From contig JBPOGF010000003.1 in the NCBI GenBank assembly GCA_051251915.1, forward strand, positions 64,001 through 128,000: a stretch of 64,000 nucleotides of DNA. Direction: 5' to 3'. Origin of the DNA: Akkermansiaceae bacterium (GTDB lineage Bacteria; Verrucomicrobiota; Verrucomicrobiia; Verrucomicrobiales; Akkermansiaceae). The position numbers and the translations under genes are program-made. The notes beneath the pieces were generated by a model. That model had not been told where the DNA came from and made no database searches. It was given only the letters and a program-made list of their open reading frames with translations. Below, in pieces: positions 30,267 through 38,055 of the stretch; positions within the stretch are counted from its first letter, which is position 1; each line of letters begins with the position of its first letter.

Positions 30267-32426
30267 TTAGAATTTAGCAGTGAATCCTAATACGGTATTG
30301 AATCCAGGTTCGTTTTGGCCGGCTCCGTGGTAGCGGTATGACTCGTCTGTGATGTTCTCGAAACCTAGGCTTAGCTCTAGGTTATCGTTCACATGGTAGC
30401 CTGAGTAGACTGATGCGACTACGTATGATGGTGTGCCACCTAGTGGGATGCGCGTAGAGTCTGAGGCTGCGTCTTCGCTGAGGTTGTTTGCTTTAGCTGC
30501 GGCTTTGATTCTGGTTTCGATCCAGAGTTTCTGGTTTGGGTGTGTCCAGCGCGCTGAAACTCCGCCCATGATGGGGTGCATTCTGCGCACGGTGTCTTCA
30601 ACTAATGCTCCGCCTAGGGTGTCTGGAGTTTTTTGTTTTCCGTCTTGGAATGCTGCGTAGGCGCGTAGTTCCCATTGTTCTGAAAGACGGTATGATGCAT
30701 CCATTTCTATACCGAAGATGTATCCGTCACCGCCGTTGGTGGCTGTGTTGCCGCCGGTGGAATTGCTTACGCTAGTGATTTGGTCTCTGAAGTCATGGTA
30801 GTATGCTGCGAGTCCTGCGGTGAAGTCTTCAGTGGTGTGGCGGAGGCCGATCTCGTAGTTGATGTATTCTTCTGGATCTACGTCGACTGAGCCTGAGCTG
30901 TCGATGCCGTCTAGGGCGTAGGTATTTCCTGTGAGGTCATTTAGGTTAGGGGCACGGAATGCTTCTGATACGCCGCCGTAGACTGACCAGCCGTTGTCTA
31001 GCTCGTAGTTAGCGCGGAGGCTGAGTGAGAGGTCATTCCAGTCGTTTTCGCCTGATTGATCTTCTGTGGCACCGTCTGGTCTGTAGCCTTCCCATTGTGC
31101 TTTGGCGTATGAGTAGCGGGCACCAGCGGTGATGGCGAGTTGTTCGTTGGCTTGCCATTGATACTGGCCGAAGACTCCGAGGAGGTCGTAGCTGCTGTCA
31201 TCTGCGACTGGGCGGCTGCTAGGGCGGAATACGCCGTTACGAGATGCTGAGGAGCTGGCTTCATCACGGTAGTAGTCTAGGCCGTAAACTAGCTCACCTG
31301 GTCCGATTTTGGATTGTAGCTGGAGGTCAAATCCGTAGGTGTCTAGGTCGATAACGCTGGTGTCTAGGTTGCCGCCGATGTTGGTGCGGTCACGTCTGGT
31401 GGAGTCTTGAGTTTTCTGGTAGGATAGTGTGGCGGCGTAGCTATCGATGAATGAGCCTTGGAGTGTTCCTTCTAGTTTTGCGTAGGTGAGTGAGCGCTCT
31501 TGGTCGTAGATTTCTGAGTCTGCGGCGATTCCGGTTTGGTCGGGGACGATTTGTGCTCCGTCGTGATACCATCCTGGGTTGGAGGTGGTTCTGTGCCAGC
31601 GGTTGCCGTCGTCTTGGTTGAAGTATTGGTGTGCGAGTGTGAGTGTGGCTGCATCTGATAGTGCGTATTCGAGTTTGATGTCGAATGCTTGTTCTGTGTA
31701 GCCGGTGTTGTCCATTCTGCCGACTTCTGAGTCGTAGATGTCTCCTGCTTCTTTGGCGCTGAGTCCTAGGCTGACTCCCCATTTTCCGCCTTTACCGAAT
31801 TGTGTTTCGATTCTTCCTGAGTGGCTTTCTGAGTTTGATTCGAAGCGGTATTTTGCTTCACTGTGCATGAAGTCACCGGTTTCATTTTGGAAGCCTGATG
31901 CTTTTGTAAGGAGGTTGGTAGTGCCGCCGACAGCGTCTGATCCGTAGAGGACAGATCCTTGGCCTTTGATGAGCTCGATGGAGCTTAGGGACTGGAGGTC
32001 AATAGTGTTCCAGTATTGGACTGGGCCGGAGCGCCAGGTGGAGTTGTTGATACGGACTCCATCAACGAGGAGGAGGTTATTACGGCCTGTGAATCCTCGG
32101 ATGTATGGTGAGCCTTGGGCGGCTGAAGTTTTCTGGATGAGTACGCCGGGGACTGAGTCGAATGCGTCTGGGACTGTGCGGATTTGTCTAGAGTCGATTT
32201 CTGCGCTATCTATGACAGATGCTGAGTATGGAGACTCTGTGAGTGTTTGAAGTGTGCGGCTGCCTGTGACGACGCTGGTTTCTAGGTTGTTGAGTGGTAG
32301 GTCAGCGAGATTTGGGACCTCTGTGGTTTCTTGCGCTGAGCTGATGCTGGCACCTGTGATGGAGCAGGAGAATGTGATGCCTGCGTAGAGCAGCGACGAT
32401 GAAATGGAACGTGGATTGTGGTTCAT
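30267..32426 (-). CDS. TonB-dependent outer-membrane receptor
   Basis: TonB-box-like SVVTGSR, plug motifs (VPGV..., PYIRG, LLVDGVR, IELIKGQGSVLYGSDAVGG), FRAPNL, FENITD..Y, terminal F; likely start ATG 32426. Confidence 0.93.
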   Translation of the reverse strand: MNHNPRSISSSLLYAGITFSCSITGASISSAQETTEVPNLADLPLNNLETSVVTGSRTLQTLTESPYSASVIDSAEIDSRQIRTVPDAFDSVPGVLIQKTSAAQGSPYIRGFTGRNNLLLVDGVRINNSTWRSGPVQYWNTIDLQSLSSIELIKGQGSVLYGSDAVGGTTNLLTKASGFQNETGDFMHSEAKYRFESNSESHSGRIETQFGKGGKWGVSLGLSAKEAGDIYDSEVGRMDNTGYTEQAFDIKLEYALSDAATLTLAHQYFNQDDGNRWHRTTSNPGWYHDGAQIVPDQTGIAADSEIYDQERSLTYAKLEGTLQGSFIDSYAATLSYQKTQDSTRRDRTNIGGNLDTSVIDLDTYGFDLQLQSKIGPGELVYGLDYYRDEASSSASRNGVFRPSSRPVADDSSYDLLGVFGQYQWQANEQLAITAGARYSYAKAQWEGYRPDGATEDQSGENDWNDLSLSLRANYELDNGWSVYGGVSEAFRAPNLNDLTGNTYALDGIDSSGSVDVDPEEYINYEIGLRHTTEDFTAGLAAYYHDFRDQITSVSNSTGGNTATNGGDGYIFGIEMDASYRLSEQWELRAYAAFQDGKQKTPDTLGGALVEDTVRRMHPIMGGVSARWTHPNQKLWIETRIKAAAKANNLSEDAASDSTRIPLGGTPSYVVASVYSGYHVNDNLELSLGFENITDESYRYHGAGQNEPGFNTVLGFTAKF

Positions 32427-32467
32427 GGTGTGAGCAAAGCGGTTCTGGGTGGTGGTGGCAAGGGGGC

Positions 32468-32515
32468 TGAACGAAATTTGATCAATGGTCTTTACAGGTG
32501 GACAATTTTTATCCA
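32468..32515. promoter_or_regulatory. Two 17-bp imperfect palindromes (candidate operator pair)
   Basis: TGAACGAAATTTGATCA (32468-32484) and TGGACAATTTTTATCCA (32499-32515), 31 bp apart, between the divergent TBDR and two-component genes. Confidence 0.45.
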
Positions 32516-33891
32516 TTTATGAAGTTGTGGAAAACGATTTGGTTAGAGATCCTGTTTTAGCTGAAGGGAGGCTAGGTAATGGGAGTTTGTTTAAGAGCTT
32601 GTTATTTCCGCTTTTGGCGTTGGTGATATTGGTGGGGATTCTTGGTGCGGTGTGGACTGGAAGGATCCGAGCTAGAGAGGAGCTTGAGCATTTACGTAGG
32701 ACGTTGGCGAGTAATGCGCAGATGATGGATCAGCTTAATCTTCCGGTGTCTGAGAAGATGAGTGAGTATTTTTCTACGGCTATGGGACGTTCGGTGGCTT
32801 TTGTGAGGGGTGAGAATTTGATAGGGGCTGAGGAGTGGAGTGAGGGGGAACGTGAGTTGGCGCGGCGTGTGGTGAGTTCTGGTGATTTCTATGAGGAGGA
32901 TTCTGATTGGCTGGTGGTGGCTCATAGTGTGCCGAGGCGGTCTGGGACTTGTTATTTGGTGGCGAGTCAGGGGAGGAGCTGGATGTTGGATAGGAGGTCA
33001 TGGAGTTTGTTGTTGCCGATTATTCCGATAGGGGCGCTGGCGGCTTATTGGGTGGCGCGGAAGATAGCGAGGCCGATCCAGAATCTGGCTATTGCTACGG
33101 CACATTTTCCGGAGAATTATACGGAGGGGAGTGGTGAGCTTATGCCGAGTGAGCTGACTGTGCGTAGGGATGAGATAGGGGTGCTTGCGCGTACGTTGGT
33201 GGGTGCTCGTGAGCGGATTGCATCTGAGATTGCGTTGCGTGAGAGGTCTGAGCGGTTGGCGATGCTGGGGCAGATTGCTACTGGTTTGGCTCATGATATT
33301 AAGAATCCTGCTAGTTCGATCATTATGCATTCGGAGCTTTTGGGTGATGTGGTTCCTGATGAGGCGAGGATGATTAAGTCTGAGGCTGAGGATATTGTGG
33401 GGTTGGTGAATCAGTGGTTGTATACTGCGCAGCCGACGCCTCCGAGGTTGGTTGAGCAGGATTTGGCGGTTGCGCTTAGGAAATTACTTGGTCAGCAGAT
33501 GACGTATTTTAATTACCATGGGGTGGGGTTGGAGGTGAGTATTCCGGAGTCGTGTTTGATTTTGTGTGATCGTGAGAGGTTGATGCATACTGTGCGGAAT
33601 TTGATCCAGAATTCGGTGACGGCGATGCAGGCTGCTGGTGAGGGTAGTTTATTAGTGGTGGGGCTGGATGTTGGGAATGGTGAGGTTTGTTTGAGTGTTC
33701 GAGATAATGGGCGTGGGTTTAGTGAGGATGCGCTGAGGAATTTTGGGGAGCCTTTTTATTCTGAAAAGGAGGGTGGTATGGGCTTAGGGTTGGCTATGGC
33801 TAAGGGGGTGGTGGAGGCGCATGGTGGTGCTATGAGTGTGGAGAATTTGAAACAGGGAGCGGTGATGTGTATTGTGTTGCCGGTGATTTAA
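32485..33891 (+). CDS. Membrane sensor histidine kinase (HAMP, HisKA, HATPase); true start probably downstream (GTG 32527, TTG 32539 or TTG 32587)
   Basis: Two TM segments, RRDEIG.LA HAMP, LAHDIKNP H-box, NLIQNS, DNGRG, FYSEKEGGMGLGL. Confidence 0.92.
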   Translation: MVFTGGQFLSIYEVVENDLVRDPVLAEGRLGNGSLFKSLLFPLLALVILVGILGAVWTGRIRAREELEHLRRTLASNAQMMDQLNLPVSEKMSEYFSTAMGRSVAFVRGENLIGAEEWSEGERELARRVVSSGDFYEEDSDWLVVAHSVPRRSGTCYLVASQGRSWMLDRRSWSLLLPIIPIGALAAYWVARKIARPIQNLAIATAHFPENYTEGSGELMPSELTVRRDEIGVLARTLVGARERIASEIALRERSERLAMLGQIATGLAHDIKNPASSIIMHSELLGDVVPDEARMIKSEAEDIVGLVNQWLYTAQPTPPRLVEQDLAVALRKLLGQQMTYFNYHGVGLEVSIPESCLILCDRERLMHTVRNLIQNSVTAMQAAGEGSLLVVGLDVGNGEVCLSVRDNGRGFSEDALRNFGEPFYSEKEGGMGLGLAMAKGVVEAHGGAMSVENLKQGAVMCIVLPVI

Positions 33892-33903
33892 TTTCAGTTA
33901 ATT

Positions 33904-35208
33904 ATGAAGGAGTTGAGTTTACTTATTGTTGAAGATAATCAGGCGTTGGCCTTGGCTTTGTCTGCAAGGGCGGAGCGCAGTGGTTTCATGGTGCGTGCGG
34001 TTCCTAGCTTGGCAAGAGCGAGGATTGCGATTGATGAGCGGGTGCCGGATGGTATTATTTTGGATTTAGGTTTGCCGGATGGAAGGGGGCTTGAGCTTGC
34101 GCGGTATTTTGAGGATGGTGAGATGCCTGTGACGGCGTTGTTGACTGCTCATGGTGAGATAGAGCATGCGATAGAGGCGAAGAAGTTGGGGGTTAGAGAG
34201 TTTTTTGTGAAGCCTGTGGATTTTAGTGAGTTAGAGGAATTTTTTGAGAAGGTGATGAGCGAGAGAGGCTCTTTACCAGCGGGGGGTGATTATGTATTTT
34301 CGGAGTCAGTGGCGCATGAGTTTAGTATGAGTTTTATTGGGACATCATCTGCTATGCGGGTGGTTTTTCAGGATATAGCGAAAGCTTGTGCATCGAGTGG
34401 GCCGGTTTTGGTGCGTGGTGGAGTGGGGAGTGGGAGGAGCCATGTGGCGCATTTGATTTCTCAGAATTGGGAGAGTGAGGGGAGGACGATATTTCTTCAG
34501 TGTGGTGATTTTAATGGTGATTGGGAAGCTGTTGTGGGAGCTGTTGGTGATGGGTGTGTTGTCTTGGATGAGGTTCATACGTTGGCATTGGTTCATCAGG
34601 TGGGCTTGAATAGTGCGATGGCTAGGTATTCGGGGGTGAAGTGGATAGCGTTGTGTGGGGAGGAAGGGTTGTTACCGGCTGTGCAAGATCATTATTTTCA
34701 TTTGGATCTTTATTATAATTTACAAGGGGTGGAGGTCATTTTGCCTGCGCTGAGTGAACGGAGAAGTGATTTTGGTTCGTTGTGTGCGTTGTTTTTGGCT
34801 GAGTTGAGTCCGAGTCAGACGGTAGGATTGAGCGATGAGGCATATACTCAGCTGGTAGAGCAGGAGTGGCCTGGGAACTTAGGTGAGTTGAGGAGGGCGC
34901 TTAAATATGCTTTGATATCAGCAAGAAACACGGGGAAGAGTCAGTTGGATTTGGCTGACTTTCCTGAGGTTCATCAGTTGTCTAGTATTCCGAAGCGTAG
35001 TGGGTTTGAGCGTAGTCTGGAGTTGTGGGTGGAGAAAGAGTTGGTTAATGAAGATGTGAATTACCGTGATATTTCTACGAAGTTGGAGGGGAGTTTACTG
35101 GAGATATTGCTGGAGCGTTACGAAGGGAATCAGGCGGCGCTGGCGCGGAGTCTTTCTATGAACCGTGCGACTTTACGTAAGAAGCTGAGCGTGTCTCGCA
35201 CGTCTTAG
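33904..35208 (+). CDS. NtrC/Fis-family response regulator (REC + degenerate AAA+ + Fis HTH)
   Basis: LIVEDN, ILDLGLPDG, LTAHG, KP; DLYYNL, WPGNLGEL; GNQAALARSLSMNRATLRKKL. Confidence 0.88.
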   Translation: MKELSLLIVEDNQALALALSARAERSGFMVRAVPSLARARIAIDERVPDGIILDLGLPDGRGLELARYFEDGEMPVTALLTAHGEIEHAIEAKKLGVREFFVKPVDFSELEEFFEKVMSERGSLPAGGDYVFSESVAHEFSMSFIGTSSAMRVVFQDIAKACASSGPVLVRGGVGSGRSHVAHLISQNWESEGRTIFLQCGDFNGDWEAVVGAVGDGCVVLDEVHTLALVHQVGLNSAMARYSGVKWIALCGEEGLLPAVQDHYFHLDLYYNLQGVEVILPALSERRSDFGSLCALFLAELSPSQTVGLSDEAYTQLVEQEWPGNLGELRRALKYALISARNTGKSQLDLADFPEVHQLSSIPKRSGFERSLELWVEKELVNEDVNYRDISTKLEGSLLEILLERYEGNQAALARSLSMNRATLRKKLSVSRTS

Positions 35209-35506
35209 CGTATTAGAGTTCTTGGATTATAGCTGGGGCCGTGACGGAGGCTGCTAATGGGATTCGTCACCCTCTCCTAAATTATTCACATGTAGTATCT
35301 TAGTCGTAGGTTATTTTGAATTTATTGTGTTCTGCATAGAATATCCTTTGAGTAGACTCTAGATAGAGACAGTTGAACATCACCTAATTAGGTTAATCAT
35401 TGCCCCTATTCGTATTTTAAAAAAAATTGCCTGCTATTCGTGAGTTCAGTATTTATTCAGTAAATATATCGAGTGTAATAATCTCGGGATATACACAACA
35501 AACGCT

Positions 35507-36421
35507 ATGAAAAATTATACAACAATCAAAACACTCTCGTATACAGGTGCGGCCTTGCTTCTAGGCAGCTATTATTCTCATGCAGCTTTGACAGTTTATG
35601 AAGGCTTTGACTACACAGCTGGAACTACTATAGTAGGCTCTGGCACTGCAGCGGATGGCTGGGATGGAGCATGGACTGGCACTGGGACAAATACTGCTAG
35701 TGCAGTTTCTCCGGGCTTAACTTTTGGCTCTCTGAGCACTTCAGGTGGAGCGGCTCAAAGAGCGACGCGTATTGGTAATGCAGCAATTAGCCGCACAATC
35801 GATGCTTCAGCACAGTCTTCACTCACTGCTGATAATTCTACTATCTGGTTCAGTGTTCTAATGGCTGGGACATCTGCCGAAGTTGATGCTGATGAGAGCA
35901 TTCAAGGTTTTGCTACGAATTCATATGGCACGCTCATCTTTGGTGATACGGGGTTTTCTGGTGGTAGCGGAGCTAGTGCACCAACGCTCACAGGTGGAAC
36001 TGCCTTTGGGGTTGGTTTTGGTGACACTAGTGACAATTCTGGAGACTACAACAAACTTCAGATTCAGGGAGTGAGTTATAACGGCGGCACTCTTACGCAG
36101 GGAGGCTCATTCACTATAAGTTCAGAAACCTCCTTAATCGTAGGTAGTATTGATTGGGCAGCCAGCGGTAATGACGACGTCTTATCACTTTATGCTCTTG
36201 ATGATCCAACTGGTATACCAGGCACGGCATTCGCTACACTTACTGGTGATTTTGATCAGTCCACATTCGACACTATCTCGATTGGTGATGCTCAGACCTC
36301 TGTTTTTGATGAGATTCGCATTGGTAGCACTCTTGCTGATGTTGTTCCCGTGCCTGAACCATCATCCACAGCTCTATTAGGCCTTGGTGGTCTTGCTCTG
36401 ATTCTTCGTCGCCGTAAGTAA
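35507..36421 (+). CDS. PEP-CTERM sorting domain protein
   Basis: Signal peptide, YEGFDY, FDEIRIG..LADV, C-terminus VPEPSSTALLGLGGLALILRRRK. Confidence 0.93.
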   Translation: MKNYTTIKTLSYTGAALLLGSYYSHAALTVYEGFDYTAGTTIVGSGTAADGWDGAWTGTGTNTASAVSPGLTFGSLSTSGGAAQRATRIGNAAISRTIDASAQSSLTADNSTIWFSVLMAGTSAEVDADESIQGFATNSYGTLIFGDTGFSGGSGASAPTLTGGTAFGVGFGDTSDNSGDYNKLQIQGVSYNGGTLTQGGSFTISSETSLIVGSIDWAASGNDDVLSLYALDDPTGIPGTAFATLTGDFDQSTFDTISIGDAQTSVFDEIRIGSTLADVVPVPEPSSTALLGLGGLALILRRRK

Positions 36422-36444
36422 TTAGAAATACTTAATAAGTTTTT

Positions 36445-36483
36445 GTGCCTACTGTTGCTATGCAATAGTAGGCGCTTTTTTTT
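36445..36483 (+). terminator. Rho-independent terminator of the PEP-CTERM gene
   Basis: gtgcctactgttgc-tat-gcaatagtaggcgc followed by T8. Confidence 0.8.
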
Positions 36484-36516
36484 GTTCGTGTTGTTTGAGG
36501 ATGAGGTAATTTAGAC

Positions 36517-36552
36517 AAAAAAACCACTCATAGGTATCTATGAGTGGTTTTT
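36517..36552 (-). terminator. Rho-independent terminator of sucAB (possibly bidirectional)
   Basis: aaaaaccactcatag-gtat-ctatgagtggttttt perfect stem with flanking A/T tracts. Confidence 0.85.
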
Positions 36553-36571
36553 GTATGAGTTATTGATGATG

Positions 36572-38005
36572 TTACATTTCTAGCATCATGCGCGTTGGGT
36601 TTTCCAAGCAGTCTTTGATGCGGATGAGGAATGTGACGGCTTCTTTTCCGTCAACTAGGCGGTGATCATAGCTGAGTGCTAGATACATCATCGGGCGGAT
36701 TTCAACTTTGCCATCGATAGCGACAGGGCGCTGCTGGATGGTGTGCATTCCGAGGATTCCACTTTGTGGTGGGTTGATGATAGGTGTGCTGAGTAGTGAG
36801 CCGTAGACGCCACCATTTGAGATAGTGAAGACACCGCCTTGTAGGTCGGACATTTCGATTTTTCCTTCGCGTGCTTTTTCAGCGTAGGCGAGGATGTCTT
36901 GCTCGATTTCAGCGAATCCTTTTTTGTCGGTATCGCGGAGGACTGGGACAACGAGACCTTTTTCAGTGCCGACTGCTACGCCGATATCGAAGAAGTGGTT
37001 TTGGATAACATCTGTTCCGTCGATACGTCCGTTGATGGATGGCACATCTTTGAGTGCTTGAGTGACTGCCTTGACGAAGAGTGACATGAAGCCGAGTTTG
37101 CAACCGTGCTTCTTAATGAAATCTTCTTGGACTTCTTTACGCAGCTTCATGACAGCAGACATGTCTACCTCGTTGAAGGTGGTAAGAATGGCAGCTGTTT
37201 GCTGTGCATTCACGAGGTGGGAAGCGATCTTGCGGCGAAGCATAGACATCTTCTTGCGTGTTGTGCGACCTTCAGTGTCAGCACTTACTGGAGCAGCTGT
37301 TTTAGGAGCTGCTGGAGTAGGTTTAGGAGCTTCTGTCTTGGCTACTACTGGTGCTGGGGTGGGTGTTGCAGTTGCAGCTGGTGCAGGAGTTGCTTCGGCA
37401 GGGGCTGTTCCGGCGCCGACGGTGATCTTGGCGATAAGTGAGCCGATGCTTACTTCTTCTCCTTCTGGTGTGATGATTTCAATCGTTCCAGATTCCTCAG
37501 CTTCTAGTTCACTGGAGACTTTATCTGTTTCCAGAGTCACTAGAGCGGCACCTTTGTTCACTGTGTCGCCATTAGCTACATGCCATGCGGCGACGTTTGC
37601 TGAAGTTACAGACTCACCAGCGGCAGGTACGATGACATCGATTACTGAGCCACTATTAGTTGGTGCAGGAGTAGATGCCGGAGCGGCCTCGGCTTTAGCG
37701 GGTGCAGGAGTCGTTGCCGGTGCTGCTGTTTCAGGAGCAGGAGTTGCTGGAGCGCTTGAAGCTGCCGCGGCACCTTCGGTGATCTTAGCAACTACGGTAC
37801 CGATCGCTACTTCTTCACCTTCAGGGGTAAGGATTTGCAGGGTTCCATCGTGTTCTGCTTCTAGCTCGGTGGATACTTTGTCTGTTTCTAGAGTTACTAG
37901 GACATCGCCTTTTGAGACGGCTTCTCCATCAGCTTTATGCCACTGGGCGACGTTTGCAGAGGTCACTGACTCTCCTGCGTTTGGTATGATTACTTCAAAT
38001 GCCAT
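36572..38005 (-). CDS. sucB: 2-oxoglutarate dehydrogenase E2 (dihydrolipoyllysine succinyltransferase) with two lipoyl domains
   Basis: Two ETDKV lipoyl motifs, [40 protein letters not shown]. Confidence 0.96.
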   Translation of the reverse strand: MAFEVIIPNAGESVTSANVAQWHKADGEAVSKGDVLVTLETDKVSTELEAEHDGTLQILTPEGEEVAIGTVVAKITEGAAAASSAPATPAPETAAPATTPAPAKAEAAPASTPAPTNSGSVIDVIVPAAGESVTSANVAAWHVANGDTVNKGAALVTLETDKVSSELEAEESGTIEIITPEGEEVSIGSLIAKITVGAGTAPAEATPAPAATATPTPAPVVAKTEAPKPTPAAPKTAAPVSADTEGRTTRKKMSMLRRKIASHLVNAQQTAAILTTFNEVDMSAVMKLRKEVQEDFIKKHGCKLGFMSLFVKAVTQALKDVPSINGRIDGTDVIQNHFFDIGVAVGTEKGLVVPVLRDTDKKGFAEIEQDILAYAEKAREGKIEMSDLQGGVFTISNGGVYGSLLSTPIINPPQSGILGMHTIQQRPVAIDGKVEIRPMMYLALSYDHRLVDGKEAVTFLIRIKDCLENPTRMMLEM

Positions 38006-38055
38006 GAATTTGTTAGGTTATAAAAATAGTTCTCTGTGAAATGGATTATGTTTAC

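Noticed and set aside
32427..32467. Sigma54 promoter or cobalamin riboswitch upstream of the TonB receptor
   Set aside because: TTTGC is present but there is no GG at the -24 spacing, and the region is too short for a riboswitch.
37062..38039. 325-aa plus-strand ORF
   Set aside because: Antisense shadow of sucB caused by its Ala/Pro-rich codons; no recognisable motifs.
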